Positions 10,300 through 20,288 are shown, counted from the stretch's first letter. The stretch: DNA of 64,000 bases from Flavobacteriales bacterium (GCA_039954875.1 CP157202.1:552762-616761), one strand, 5' to 3'. Program-made: numbers and translations. The notes: generated by a model not told the origin, from the letters alone.

Positions 10300-11336
10300 T
10301 TCACCGTCTAATACACGGACATAACAGCCTCAACTCCTTTGCCAAAATCCTATCATTTGGACTTAAACACATTCTGCTTATATTGAATGATGGATTGGAT
10401 AAGGGTAAAAGTTATAGATCCAAGAAAGTGCTGTAAATAAACCCTTAGAAGGTATATTACTTTCAGAAGTAAGTCCCATACAATTAGTTTCTAAATGCAA
10501 TACCGATTATATCATTGGTGATGCTGATAATTTATATACCTCTAATAGAGGATTCATATGGTCAACAAGAAGGCGATACTACCACAAATAAACTGAAAAC
10601 TATAAAAATACTATTACCCCATTACCTCAAGGAAAAAAAACTTCTACATGTAATCGCAGGTGATGGATTTACCTTTGTTATAGCCAGTGATAATGAATCT
10701 CTATGGTTGGGAAAACAATCAAATAAAACAAGCTGTAAATAATAGTATAACCGAAATAGTACCTATAAAGATTTCCCTCTCAACAATACAAAACCTGTAC
10801 GCCTGGCTACTGATTGCTACCATACCCTAGTTGCAGGAGTTGATGGTAATCTATACAGTTGGGGAAGCAATGAAAAAAGTCAATTCGGATATGATACTTT
10901 TAACCCATATGATGAATACTCAACCCGTATGTGGCATAACCCAACTCTTCGGAAGGCACCCTTAGATGGAATGAAAATGAAACAAATAACCGTTAATGAC
11001 CATAACGTATAGGTCATAGGTATCGACGATAAACTTTACAATTGGGGAGATAATAATTATGGAGAGCTCGGAAATGCTACCAATCAGTAGTGGAGGAACA
11101 ACTATTATCTAAAATTTCGATAAGTCCAATTATCTAATAGTACATCCCCCTACAAGTCATCACGGGTAAAAATTTTATTTTTGCTTTGAGCTATGAAGGG
11201 CCTCTATGATTGGGGAGACAATGCAACCGGGCAACTAGGAGATATATCTGACGAATACCAAGACAAAGACATCATCAATATACCAGTAAAAGTAACACTA
11301 CCACTATTCTTCCCATTGAAAATTTTCAAACCTTAA
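10300..11336 (+). pseudogene. RCC1-like repeat protein gene remnant (multiple stops and frameshifts)
   Basis: Tandem RCC1/BLIP-II type units can be read across three frames: YIIGDADNLYTSNRG, IAGDGFTFVIASDNESLWLGKQS, LVAGVDGNLYSWGSNEKSQFGYD, IGIDDKLYNWGDNNYGELGNATNQ*, and FALSYEG.LYDWGDNATGQLGDIS, ending KIFKP* at 11336. The original gene may start as far upstream as about 9840. Confidence 0.65.
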
Positions 11337-11491
11337 GCCTCATATAAAATATGTATCAAAAAAAGAGATTGTTATCAAAAATATACGATCTATTTTTTAA
11401 AATTTATTATATAAATTATACCTCGAAAGATCAAAAATACTTATCTACTTTGATCGCATACATTCAGCATCCATTAGGATGTTATTGTTTT

Positions 11492-12391
11492 TTAAGAACT
11501 ATAATATTTTTCTATCAAGTTTTTAAGAATAGATAGTGTCTCAGCATTTCGCTCTTCTAAAACATGACTCTGACGGAAATGTATTTAAAAAATATGCATG
11601 ACCCACCTTAGTCTGTTCATCAAGTTCACCCGCCTCCTCTATTTGATAGCTGCATTTCTTTAAATATTACTGCAAATAACAAACATATATCTCCTACCCT
11701 TTAAGACTATATTTCAAATGTTGTATCCGTACTTCATTACACCAAATTCCTATACCTTGGCTTTGCCAACTTTTTCCAAGGGAATTAAAAGGGCTTGGAT
11801 TCACCTTCAGACCTGGAGTGATATCGCACGATGACCCACCACAGCTGTCGGATCAATACTATATCGTTTGATGATATCCTTAGCCAACTTGGCTATGATC
11901 TGGATTTGATAATCGGTAAATGGAAACCATAGATCTCAACTAGGAAGATCTTCATAGTCTAAATTGACAATCTCTATACCAATAGATGTATCATTGATAT
12001 TAGTCCTGTTTTACCAACAATTCACCCCAGCGTGCTAAGCTCTTAAATCTTTTCTTCATCAAAAGAAAAATGTTACGACACTTATGCATAGGAGTATCAG
12101 GTACCAGATAATGAAAGCCCATATGTTTTTCCATCAAAATCTTCAAAGACTTCTCAAAATATACTGTTGTATAATGCATTACTAAAAAGCTAACCCTCTA
12201 ATTAAATACTTTACTGGATGACTATCAACACTGAAAGAAAAACGAAGCCTATCCGGTATAGACCGGACTGATGTACCATAGGAAGATAAGAAAGCCACAA
12301 TAAAAAAACATATACCTTTAAAAATCTCCATTATAAAGAAATAAATGATCTCAAAATTATAGCCTATTCTATTATTAATAATAAAACACAT
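11492..12391 (-). pseudogene. N-acetylmuramoyl-L-alanine amidase (Amidase_2, AmiD/AmpD type) with C-terminal PG-binding-like tail, decayed
   Basis: Minus strand reads a signal-like N-terminus, then MHYTTVYFEKSLKIL..GFHYLVPDT, INDTSIGIEIVNLDYEDLP, FPFTDYQIQIIAKLAKDIIKRYSIDPTAVVGHR, a frameshift, DITPGLKVNPSPFNSLGKSWQSQGIGIW, and HFRQSHVLEERNAETLSILKNLIEKY*. These are interrupted by TAA/TGA/TAG stops and at least two frameshifts. Confidence 0.72.
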
Positions 12392-13180
12392 ATATATTTA
12401 TATATAGACAATATATTAATCTAATTCAAATAAAGAAAAAACAATATTTTACCATCTAAAAAAAACTATTTATTATGAATGCGGTCAAGGACTTAATTAG
12501 TAAATAAAAGTGCTAATTATAATAAACATGGTGCATAAATTAGGAACACTAATTGAAAGTATTAAAATATCGGAAGGAAAAACACCTCATCTTGTGGGCT
12601 ATATAATGAACGGATGAATCGCTATAAAAAAGAACTATTTGGAACAAAGAACTTTATAAACATACAAGACCATCTACATATTCCCAACATTTATTAAATC
12701 AGCTTGGTCAAATGCCGAATTGTATATACTCATACCATAGAAACAATTTTCTTCGAACACTATCAAAAAAGAGATATCCAAAGATGCAAGATCGTCTATT
12801 GTAATACCATTGGCTACCGCTACAAATACACCTACAGATCTACTTTTGAAAAACCGACCCGTGACCTGCCTAAAAAGATAAAGATTATCATTATAAAAAA
12901 TGAATATGTGACAAATACCTCTTATACCAACATTTTATTTTTCAATGGAAAAGAATGGTATATCCCACATTACCCACTATTAAAAGGCATATAAATAACC
13001 CACCCTTTGACTGAGAAAAAAAATAAAAAATCATAAAAAAAAAACTATTATAATTGACTAATTATACAAAAATATAATTAATCAATACCCTATTATATTT
13101 TAATATAAATGTATTAGACCCCTTTTTACAATAGAACAAAATGTTTATTTTTGGTCGTTTTTTTTTTTCAATTTTTTGTA

Positions 13181-13188
13181 TAAATTTG
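13181..13188 (+). promoter_or_regulatory. Candidate Bacteroidota -7 promoter box (TAnnTTTG)
   Basis: TAAATTTG lies 30 nt upstream of the ATG at 13218 at the end of an extremely AT-rich island. No convincing -33 TTG is seen at canonical spacing. Confidence 0.3.
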
Positions 13189-13217
13189 CCAGGGAAATCT
13201 AATTGTAACACCTTAAC

Positions 13218-13457
13218 ATGATGAAAAATCTAAAAATCATTTCAGCAGCACTTGTTTTAGTAGTAGTTCTATCTGCTAAGACATGTTTTGAAAAAGCCGA
13301 AAGCACGGAAACCCCTGTAGAACAAACTACAACTACTGAAACCCAAGCAGACCAAACTACTACACCTGCCGAAGAGAGTGTAAAAAGTGAAGAAACCACC
13401 ACTACTCCCAGCGAAGAAAAAGCTAAAGAGATAGACAAAACTGAGCAAAAGCAATAA
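13218..13457 (+). CDS. Small secreted Thr/Glu-rich low-complexity protein (hypothetical)
   Basis: 79 aa. N-terminal signal peptide MMKNLKIISAALVLVVVLSAKTC followed by a T/E/Q-rich, acidic tail of disordered composition. A strong hairpin terminator follows immediately. Confidence 0.5.
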   Translation: MMKNLKIISAALVLVVVLSAKTCFEKAESTETPVEQTTTTETQADQTTTPAEESVKSEETTTTPSEEKAKEIDKTEQKQ

Positions 13458-13487
13458 GCACTCGCTATTTGAAGCATTATTACCACA

Positions 13488-13520
13488 CAAAAAAGAGAAG
13501 ATGTCATCTTCTCTTTTTTT
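13488..13520 (+). terminator. Rho-independent terminator (bidirectional shape)
   Basis: aaaaagagaagatg / catcttctcttttt is a perfect inverted repeat followed by a T-run and preceded by an A-run. Confidence 0.6.
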
Positions 13521-13678
13521 ATGTTTTCAGAAAAAACACTTCAGAGAATAAAAATAAATATTCCAAAAAGATACAACAATCGCAAAAATAAATCCTTTAA
13601 CAGTAGTTATTCTAACTAAACTATAAAAAAATCACCTCCCACCGGGGCAGTCTAACCTCTCACTCTCCTACCCAAATA

Positions 13679-14035
13679 TCAATATTGCTTTTCCTTGATC
13701 CGGGCTTTCTTACCCCTTAACTTACGGAAATAATAAATCCTAGATTTACGGACTTTCCCATGCTTGTTGACCTCGATTTTTTGAATGGAAGACTGGCTTA
13801 AAACAAAAATACGTTCTACGCCAATGTCTCCACTCATCTTACGCACGGTAAAGGTTGCTGTAGCATCTTGTCCTCTACGCTGGATAACCACCCCTCTGAA
13901 GGACTGTGTACGGGTTTTATCACCCTCTTTGATTTCATAATACACCGTAATAGTATCCCCAGCATTGAATGCCGGAAAATCTTTATTCTCGATATACTTT
14001 TTCTGAACGTATTTGAGTAAACACTCCATAATCAC
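13679..14035 (-). CDS. rplS: 50S ribosomal protein L19
   Basis: 118 aa. Contains FNAGDTITVYYEIKEGDKTRTQSFRGVVIQRRG...VERIF...RKSRIYYFRKLRGKKARIKE. Confidence 0.93.
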   Translation of the reverse strand: MIMECLLKYVQKKYIENKDFPAFNAGDTITVYYEIKEGDKTRTQSFRGVVIQRRGQDATATFTVRKMSGDIGVERIFVLSQSSIQKIEVNKHGKVRKSRIYYFRKLRGKKARIKEKQY

Positions 14036-14250
14036 TAAAATGTATGTATTAGTAAGGTAATAACAACCCTATCTATCCTTAGACAATCGAGCGTAAATAT
14101 AAAAATTTCTTTCATTCTAGAGAAATAATCTTCTTTGATTACGATAGACGCTCATTTCCTTCAGATAAGAAGTGATATTTTGTGAGGAATTTTTTTACTA
14201 AATTTTCTCTAAAAATAAAAGGATATTTACTCATCACGACTTTATACAGC

Positions 14251-15564
14251 TCAGGAGCTGCTTCTACAGCTTTTGGCCAACTCGATAAGACCTTCTTTTT
14301 CCTGTTGCATCAGAAAGTAACAGAATGAAATATAATAATTTAACTTCCCAAAGTTACCAAACTTTTTCAAAGCTTTTTTCAATAATTTGATTACCTGATA
14401 ATAATCGCCTACTTTTATTAAAAGTTCAGCATAATTTATCCAATGATCATACCAATCAGGTTGCAATTGCAATATTTTTTTATACGCAATGATGGCTTCT
14501 TCATAATAACCCAATTGTACGTTGAGATAAACTGAATGTTTCCAATAAATCAAATTATTCTCACTCAAATCTATAGCTCTACACAAATAATAAAGGGCTT
14601 CCTGATAATTTTCAAAACGCTCATAGATGAATGCAGATTCGGACCAAGGTTTCTCTAACTGAGGGTCTTCATAAATAGCTTGCTGAAAAAGCCGCAAAGC
14701 TCTCAAAGATTCTTCCATTTTATTATAGCACAAACCCATCTTAAAATAAACCATAGCAGGAGACTTTTCTAAATGAAGAACTTCTTCATAAACCTTGATT
14801 GCTTCATCATACCTATGCATCTGCTCAAGACACCCGGCTTTTTGAGTATAAGCACTTAAAAAAGTACTATCAATGATAATAGCGTAATCAAATGCTATAT
14901 AAGCCTCGTGATAATTTCTCAACTTAATTTGTTTCAGTCCCAACTGAAACCAAGCCACCTCAGAATAGGGTTGGACATCGAGGTACTGATTCAAAAAATT
15001 AACACATTCCTTGTAAAGGTGAATTTCGTCAAAACATTGGATGCAAGAATAAAAAGCATACTCATCTTTTGGATAGAGTTCTAAAGCCTTTTTAAAATAA
15101 TATAACGCCTTCCCAATCTCTTGGATACGGAGGTATTCATCGCCAATACTACTGTAGAGATAATTCTCATCTTCACTATTTTTTAAAGCTTTTTTGTAAA
15201 AAGCTATAGCCTTGAGCGATGCTCTAGACAAAGACCAATATTTTGCTTGCACAATGAGGAAGTCAGTATGATCCGGGACGATATATTTCAACTCCTCGAT
15301 CAGTTTTACCACCTCAGGTAAATTGCCATAAGATAAAAACACTTCGGCTTCTCTGATCTTGATCTCAGTGTCATACGGATGTTGGGTCTTAGCCAAAGAC
15401 AGTGCCTTACCCGCATACTCGATATTAGACAGATCTAGATAATACATGATGATATATGTAAATTCTCCAGTGTCGAAATAACTGACTCGCTCATCTTTGA
15501 TCATAGCCTCAAAACGCTCGATCAATTCATCATTAAAAAAATCTTCTTCTTGCATACACAACAT
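14251..15564 (-). CDS. Tetratricopeptide (TPR) repeat protein
   Basis: 437 aa of consecutive 34-aa TPR-like units (A..Y..AL...P....A......). Confidence 0.8.
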   Translation of the reverse strand: MLCMQEEDFFNDELIERFEAMIKDERVSYFDTGEFTYIIMYYLDLSNIEYAGKALSLAKTQHPYDTEIKIREAEVFLSYGNLPEVVKLIEELKYIVPDHTDFLIVQAKYWSLSRASLKAIAFYKKALKNSEDENYLYSSIGDEYLRIQEIGKALYYFKKALELYPKDEYAFYSCIQCFDEIHLYKECVNFLNQYLDVQPYSEVAWFQLGLKQIKLRNYHEAYIAFDYAIIIDSTFLSAYTQKAGCLEQMHRYDEAIKVYEEVLHLEKSPAMVYFKMGLCYNKMEESLRALRLFQQAIYEDPQLEKPWSESAFIYERFENYQEALYYLCRAIDLSENNLIYWKHSVYLNVQLGYYEEAIIAYKKILQLQPDWYDHWINYAELLIKVGDYYQVIKLLKKALKKFGNFGKLNYYISFCYFLMQQEKEGLIELAKSCRSSS

Positions 15565-15579
15565 TCCAATTGATCCTAT

Positions 15580-16971
15580 TCATAAAACGGGAACCTTTTG
15601 GCGTATCTCATCCAAAAATCGAATGGCCAAAATGTCTGCCTTGGCTTGTGAAGTACTCTCGGCGTATATTCGGACAACAGGTTCAGTATTGGATTTTCTC
15701 AAATGTACCCACTCCTCTGCAAAATCGATTTTTACACCATCGATTAGACTCGGGCTTTCCTTTTCATAATGTTTTGCGAATGTTTGTAAGAGGTCCTCAA
15801 CATTGGTTTCAGGAGGTAATTTTATTTTTTGTTTTGAGATGAAATAGACAGGATATTTCATACGCAGTTGACTGATCGGCCCTAAAAAATAAGCCAACTG
15901 GGTTAAGAACAATGCAATACCTACCAGAGCATCTCGTCCATAATGCAACTCGGGATAAATAACCCCACCATTGCCCTCCCCACCAATCACCGCGCCGGTT
16001 TGTTTCATCTTTTCCACCACGTGCACTTCTCCTACTGCTGCCGGATGATACACTACACCTCGCTTTACAGAAATGTCCTGCAATGCCCTAGAAGAGGATA
16101 GATTAGAAACCGTAGGGCCATATTTTTTACCCAGAACATAATCAGCTACAGCTACTAAGGTATATTCTTCCCCAAAAAGCTCGCCATTTTCACATATAAA
16201 TGCCAGCCGATCGACATCCGGGTCTACCGCAATGCCCAGATCAGCCTGTACCTCTGGTACTTTCTCACAGATCACGCTTAGATTCTCACGCAAAGGCTCA
16301 GGATCATGTGGAAAATGTCCGTCAGGTTCACAATACAGTTTTACCGTATTTACACCTAAAGCATGCAGAAGCATAGGCACGGCTATACCACCGGTAGAAT
16401 TGACCCCATCTACTACAGTTTTGAATCCCGCAGCCTTAATTGCTTGAGTATCTACCAAAGGTAAGGCTAGGACAGCTTCTATATGTCTTTGTATATAATC
16501 TTCCTTAAGGTTGTAATATCCCAATAGGTCAACCCCGACAAAGGAAAAGCTTTCTTTTTTTGCCAGACACAAGACATCATTTCCGGCTTCTTCAGAAAGG
16601 AATTCCCCGTGATGATTCAATAATTTTAAAGCATTCCAATTTTTGGGATTGTGACTGGAGGTCAAAACGATACCTCCATCGGCTTTTTCCATGATCACAG
16701 CCATCTCCACAGTAGGCGTGGTAGAAAGCCCTAGATCAATAATATCGATACCCAGGTTTTGTAGCGTAGCTACTGTCAATTGTCGGATCGTCTCACCCGA
16801 AAGACGAGCATCCCGCCCAATGATAACTACAGGCCATTCTCTATTGCATTGGCTTTTGACCCACATCCCATAGGCGGCAGAAAACTTAACGACATCCAAT
16901 GGACTCAAACTTTCTCCTATCTGTCCTCCGATGGTACCCCTTATCCCAGAAACTGATTTTATGAGTGTCAA
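15580..16971 (-). CDS. glmM: Phosphoglucosamine mutase-like phosphohexomutase
   Basis: Contains SVSGIRGTIGG, active-site LTSSHNPKNWNALK, and AVDPDVDR. The likely start is TTG at 16971 ((M)TLIKSVSGIRG); the ORF track extends to 17028. Confidence 0.85.
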   Translation of the reverse strand: MTLIKSVSGIRGTIGGQIGESLSPLDVVKFSAAYGMWVKSQCNREWPVVIIGRDARLSGETIRQLTVATLQNLGIDIIDLGLSTTPTVEMAVIMEKADGGIVLTSSHNPKNWNALKLLNHHGEFLSEEAGNDVLCLAKKESFSFVGVDLLGYYNLKEDYIQRHIEAVLALPLVDTQAIKAAGFKTVVDGVNSTGGIAVPMLLHALGVNTVKLYCEPDGHFPHDPEPLRENLSVICEKVPEVQADLGIAVDPDVDRLAFICENGELFGEEYTLVAVADYVLGKKYGPTVSNLSSSRALQDISVKRGVVYHPAAVGEVHVVEKMKQTGAVIGGEGNGGVIYPELHYGRDALVGIALFLTQLAYFLGPISQLRMKYPVYFISKQKIKLPPETNVEDLLQTFAKHYEKESPSLIDGVKIDFAEEWVHLRKSNTEPVVRIYAESTSQAKADILAIRFLDEIRQKVPVL

Positions 16972-17042
16972 TGATTCAAATAATGTTACACAAACAAAAT
17001 TAGATAAATTACCTGAGTTGTATTTCAAGTTTTTATAAAAAT

Positions 17043-18275
17043 TTAATCGAATTTGATCGACCTAATAGGCGATATCCTATTGATAAGAAAAGAAGGAAAG
17101 ATCAGAGTAATCACACAGACCAATACACTACAAAAGTTGATCAATAGAATATTGATTATATCTAAATGCACCGGCACAACACTGATATAATAAGAATCAG
17201 GATTCAACGAAACCAACCTAAAAGTTTGTTGAAGCAACAACAAACCTAAACCTACGACATTGCCGACAAGCAAAGCTGGGAACATGATTCGTAAAGCATA
17301 ACAGATGAATATCTTTTGTATGAGCCAATTCTCCGCACCCAGAGTTTTCAATACTCCTATCGTACGGATCCGTTCTACGATTAATATCAACAAAAGTACC
17401 ACCATATTGATTATAACCACCATGTTTACAATCAATACCACAATGAAAATATTGATATCAAAAATCCGTATCCAATCGGTGATATTATGAAACCGACTCA
17501 AAATACTCTCAGCTCGCAAATTATAACTGATATGCTTATTGATTTGTTTTTCTATCGATGGGATTTGATCGACGTCTTTGACAAACACTTCAAAACCACC
17601 TATACAATCGCTCTTCCAACCACTGATGCGTTGCATATGCCGGATATCCCCTATGACCAAAACATCATCTAAATTTTTGATTCCAGTTTCATACAGCCCA
17701 CTTATTGTAAAACGTCGGGCTATAGGTTGCGAGGCACCAAGTTTTAAAAAATAACTCATAAAATAATTACCAACATCTAGTCTCAAGGAATTTGCCATCC
17801 TTTTAGACAAAAGGACCTCTTGGCTAAAAGGTGTGTTTTTTAGATCGGGCAAACGGCCTTTCACTAGAAATTTTTGCAGACGTATCCTATCATAATCCGG
17901 GGCAATCCCTTTAAAAAAAATAGCTTCGATCTCTTTTTCAGTACGAATGATACCACTACGGTTGGCAAAAACATTGACATGATCTACAGTAAAATTAGCT
18001 GGAAACTGTGGATAAAACTTCTGATCCATGGAGATCGGCGAACTATCATACAAATTGTTACTATCCAAACCCGTGATGATGATATGACCGTAAAAGTCAA
18101 ACAATTTTTCTTTGATAGCTTGCCTGGCCCCAATACCTGTAGAGAAAGTGATATGTGTTACGATAATACCCAAGGTTACAGCTATCTGTGCAATAAATAT
18201 TATAATGGCAGAACTGCTTTTTTTATTACCTTTATCCCCAGCTGTATTACGAGAAAAATACCATGCAAAATCCAT
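17043..18275 (-). CDS. FtsX-family ABC transporter permease (LolC/E-like)
   Basis: N-terminal TM, large periplasmic loop, and C-terminal FtsX 3-TM block (GVLKTLGAENWLIQKIF). The likely start is MDFAWYFSRN at 18275. Confidence 0.8.
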   Translation of the reverse strand: MDFAWYFSRNTAGDKGNKKSSSAIIIFIAQIAVTLGIIVTHITFSTGIGARQAIKEKLFDFYGHIIITGLDSNNLYDSSPISMDQKFYPQFPANFTVDHVNVFANRSGIIRTEKEIEAIFFKGIAPDYDRIRLQKFLVKGRLPDLKNTPFSQEVLLSKRMANSLRLDVGNYFMSYFLKLGASQPIARRFTISGLYETGIKNLDDVLVIGDIRHMQRISGWKSDCIGGFEVFVKDVDQIPSIEKQINKHISYNLRAESILSRFHNITDWIRIFDINIFIVVLIVNMVVIINMVVLLLILIVERIRTIGVLKTLGAENWLIQKIFICYALRIMFPALLVGNVVGLGLLLLQQTFRLVSLNPDSYYISVVPVHLDIINILLINFCSVLVCVITLIFPSFLINRISPIRSIKFD

Positions 18276-18279
18276 TTTG

Positions 18280-19488
18280 ATGAATGCTCTAAAGCTAATC
18301 AAATATATGTATTTTATACTGTTCTTTATTCTGTATGGAAATACTTTCGCCAACATTCCCCAATCCTTTTCAAAAAGAGTTTCTGATGGTCTTATTCCAG
18401 GAGCGGAGCGTGCAAAGCTTTACCTCCCCTTGCTCAAAAATAAACGCGTAGGTATAGTGACCAACCAAACTGGCCAGGTCAGGGACCGACATCTCGTAGA
18501 TTTTTTGATAGCCTCGAAGATTCAGCTCATGCGTATCTTTTCACCTGAACATGGCTTTCGAGGGACGGCCAGTGCCGGAGAGACAGTCAATAATCAAAAG
18601 GATCCCAAAACCGGCCTATCCATCATTTCCCTCTATGGAAAAAATAAAAAACCTAGCACAGCACAATTGAAAGACATCGATTTGATGGTCTTTGACCTAC
18701 AAGACGTAGGGGTAAGGTGCTATACCTATATTTCTACATTGACCTACATGATGGAAGCTTGCGCCAAACAGCGCATCTCTCTGATTGTTTTGGATCGCCC
18801 CAACCCCAACGGACATTATATCAACGGGCCCGTGCTTCAACCTAAATTGAGTTCTTTTGTCGGCTTACATCCTGTGCCAATAGTGTACGGGATGACTATC
18901 GGCGAATATGCTCAAATGGTCCACGGCGAAGGATGGTTACCTCTAGGGACACCTCCCTTAGACTTGAAGGTGATCCCTTTGAAAAACTATGACCACAAAA
19001 TGCCTTATACACTCCCCGTGGCTCCTTCGCCCAACCTACCCAACGATCAGGCAATCCGCCTATACCCGAGTTTATGCCTATTTGAAGGCACACAAGTCAG
19101 CATAGGCCGGGGTACAGACTTTCCATTTCAAGTCTATGGAGCACCATACTTCGACCGAGATATATATTATTTTTCTTTCACCCCACATTCAAAAGTCGGA
19201 GAAAAAAATCCAACGTTCAATGGAAAGAAGTGTTATGGCTATGACCTTAGATCCCCAAAAAAAACTAAACGTTTGCATTTGAATTGGCTCATCAAAGCTC
19301 ACCAAGAAGCCACTCGATCTAAAACGACTTTCTTCACGCCTTTTTTTCAAAAACTAGCTGGCACCGGATCATTGCAACAGCAGATCGAACAAGGCCTCTC
19401 TGAGGATCAGATCCGCGCCTCGTGGCAAGAAGAGCTGGATGCATTCAAGCGCATTCGTAAAAAATATTTATTGTATCGAGATTTTTGA
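18280..19488 (+). CDS. DUF1343 family protein (NamZ-like exo-beta-N-acetylmuramidase)
   Basis: Contains GIVTNQTGQV, FSPEHGFRG, SLYG, FDLQDVGVRCYTYISTL, and VLDRPNPNG. The signal-like start MNALKLIKYMYFILFFILYGNTFA is at 18280. Confidence 0.8.
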   Translation: MNALKLIKYMYFILFFILYGNTFANIPQSFSKRVSDGLIPGAERAKLYLPLLKNKRVGIVTNQTGQVRDRHLVDFLIASKIQLMRIFSPEHGFRGTASAGETVNNQKDPKTGLSIISLYGKNKKPSTAQLKDIDLMVFDLQDVGVRCYTYISTLTYMMEACAKQRISLIVLDRPNPNGHYINGPVLQPKLSSFVGLHPVPIVYGMTIGEYAQMVHGEGWLPLGTPPLDLKVIPLKNYDHKMPYTLPVAPSPNLPNDQAIRLYPSLCLFEGTQVSIGRGTDFPFQVYGAPYFDRDIYYFSFTPHSKVGEKNPTFNGKKCYGYDLRSPKKTKRLHLNWLIKAHQEATRSKTTFFTPFFQKLAGTGSLQQQIEQGLSEDQIRASWQEELDAFKRIRKKYLLYRDF

Positions 19489-19672
19489 TACCCTTGGGTC
19501 TGCACCTTTTCAATCACAACCTTATAAAAAAAAATATTTTAAGACTCGTAATAAGCTGAGTAGTCGTTATTTTCAGTCTTTATGATGTGCATGGTTTTTA
19601 AAAACCAACATGTCAGTTAAGATTTTATCAAAGTGAAAGGTTTAGCTTCGAAAGATTTAAACTCAGATCTGA

Positions 19673-20044
19673 TTGTATGGAGCGCATTTTTCTCCAAAAA
19701 GTAATAAAAACTTTCAAGAAGCTTTTGTTCTGCTGAAAAAAGAACACGACCTCACTCTAGAATATTTATTAAACAAAGGACTTACTGATAAAGAAATCGT
19801 CTTCTCAGGCGTGGGGATTGATAAAAAATTTGATCGAAGATATAACGAGATCGATTTTCACTGGATATATCTTGAGACAACATGTTCTCGCGTAGAGTCT
19901 AAAGTCATTGGCGAGATCGAAAGCACTTCGTGCGAGGTGACTGAGTTGATACGTTTAGGGGTAGAATTCCAATCCTCTGCACCACAATATTACTTACACC
20001 AAACTTTTGTAGCTCAAGTATGCCATGCTGAAAGAAATCTCTAA
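19673..20044 (+). CDS. Hypothetical ORF, possibly a gene fragment
   Basis: 123 aa. There is only faint OmpA-C-like resemblance (LEYLLNKGLTDKEIVFSGVGIDKKFD). No signal peptide and no clear start context. Confidence 0.2.
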   Translation: MYGAHFSPKSNKNFQEAFVLLKKEHDLTLEYLLNKGLTDKEIVFSGVGIDKKFDRRYNEIDFHWIYLETTCSRVESKVIGEIESTSCEVTELIRLGVEFQSSAPQYYLHQTFVAQVCHAERNL

Positions 20045-20288
20045 GATGCCAGAGAAAGGACTGTGAAAATAGTTGAAAAAGCTGATGGAAAAATAGGTAA
20101 CTTAAAAAATGCTGACGTAGCCGTTTTTCAGATTATCGGGCAAAGTTCCAACGAGGAATAAACTACCGACCGAGCCTTCAATACTTTAGACCACCTAAAG
20201 ACATCTATAGTCACTGTCATCTTGGTCTACCTGTTTCGTTGATCCAATCTTACAAGGGTCTGTTAGAAAATAAATTCTTCAAATAATC

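Noticed and set aside
12704-12994. A 96-aa + strand ORF in the decayed region.
   Set aside because: Its composition is implausible for a protein (rich in Y, K, I, T and C). The opposite strand is also open over the same span and looks more protein-like but lacks a start codon. Neither could be assigned.
13199-13507. A 102-aa minus-strand ORF covering the small secreted-protein gene.
   Set aside because: It is a mirror ORF produced by the low-complexity ACN/GAA-rich sequence. The + strand ORF has a proper signal peptide, a promoter-like box and a terminator.
17874-18386. Long antisense or embedded ORFs inside well-supported genes. Examples are 624-911, 3739-4050, 17874-18386, 20890-21381, 22500-22964, 28550-28894, 43340-43723 and 60711-61028.
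   Set aside because: Each lies fully within, and opposite to or out of frame with, a gene of unambiguous homology. Their translations have no recognisable motifs and show odd composition. I treated them as shadow ORFs.
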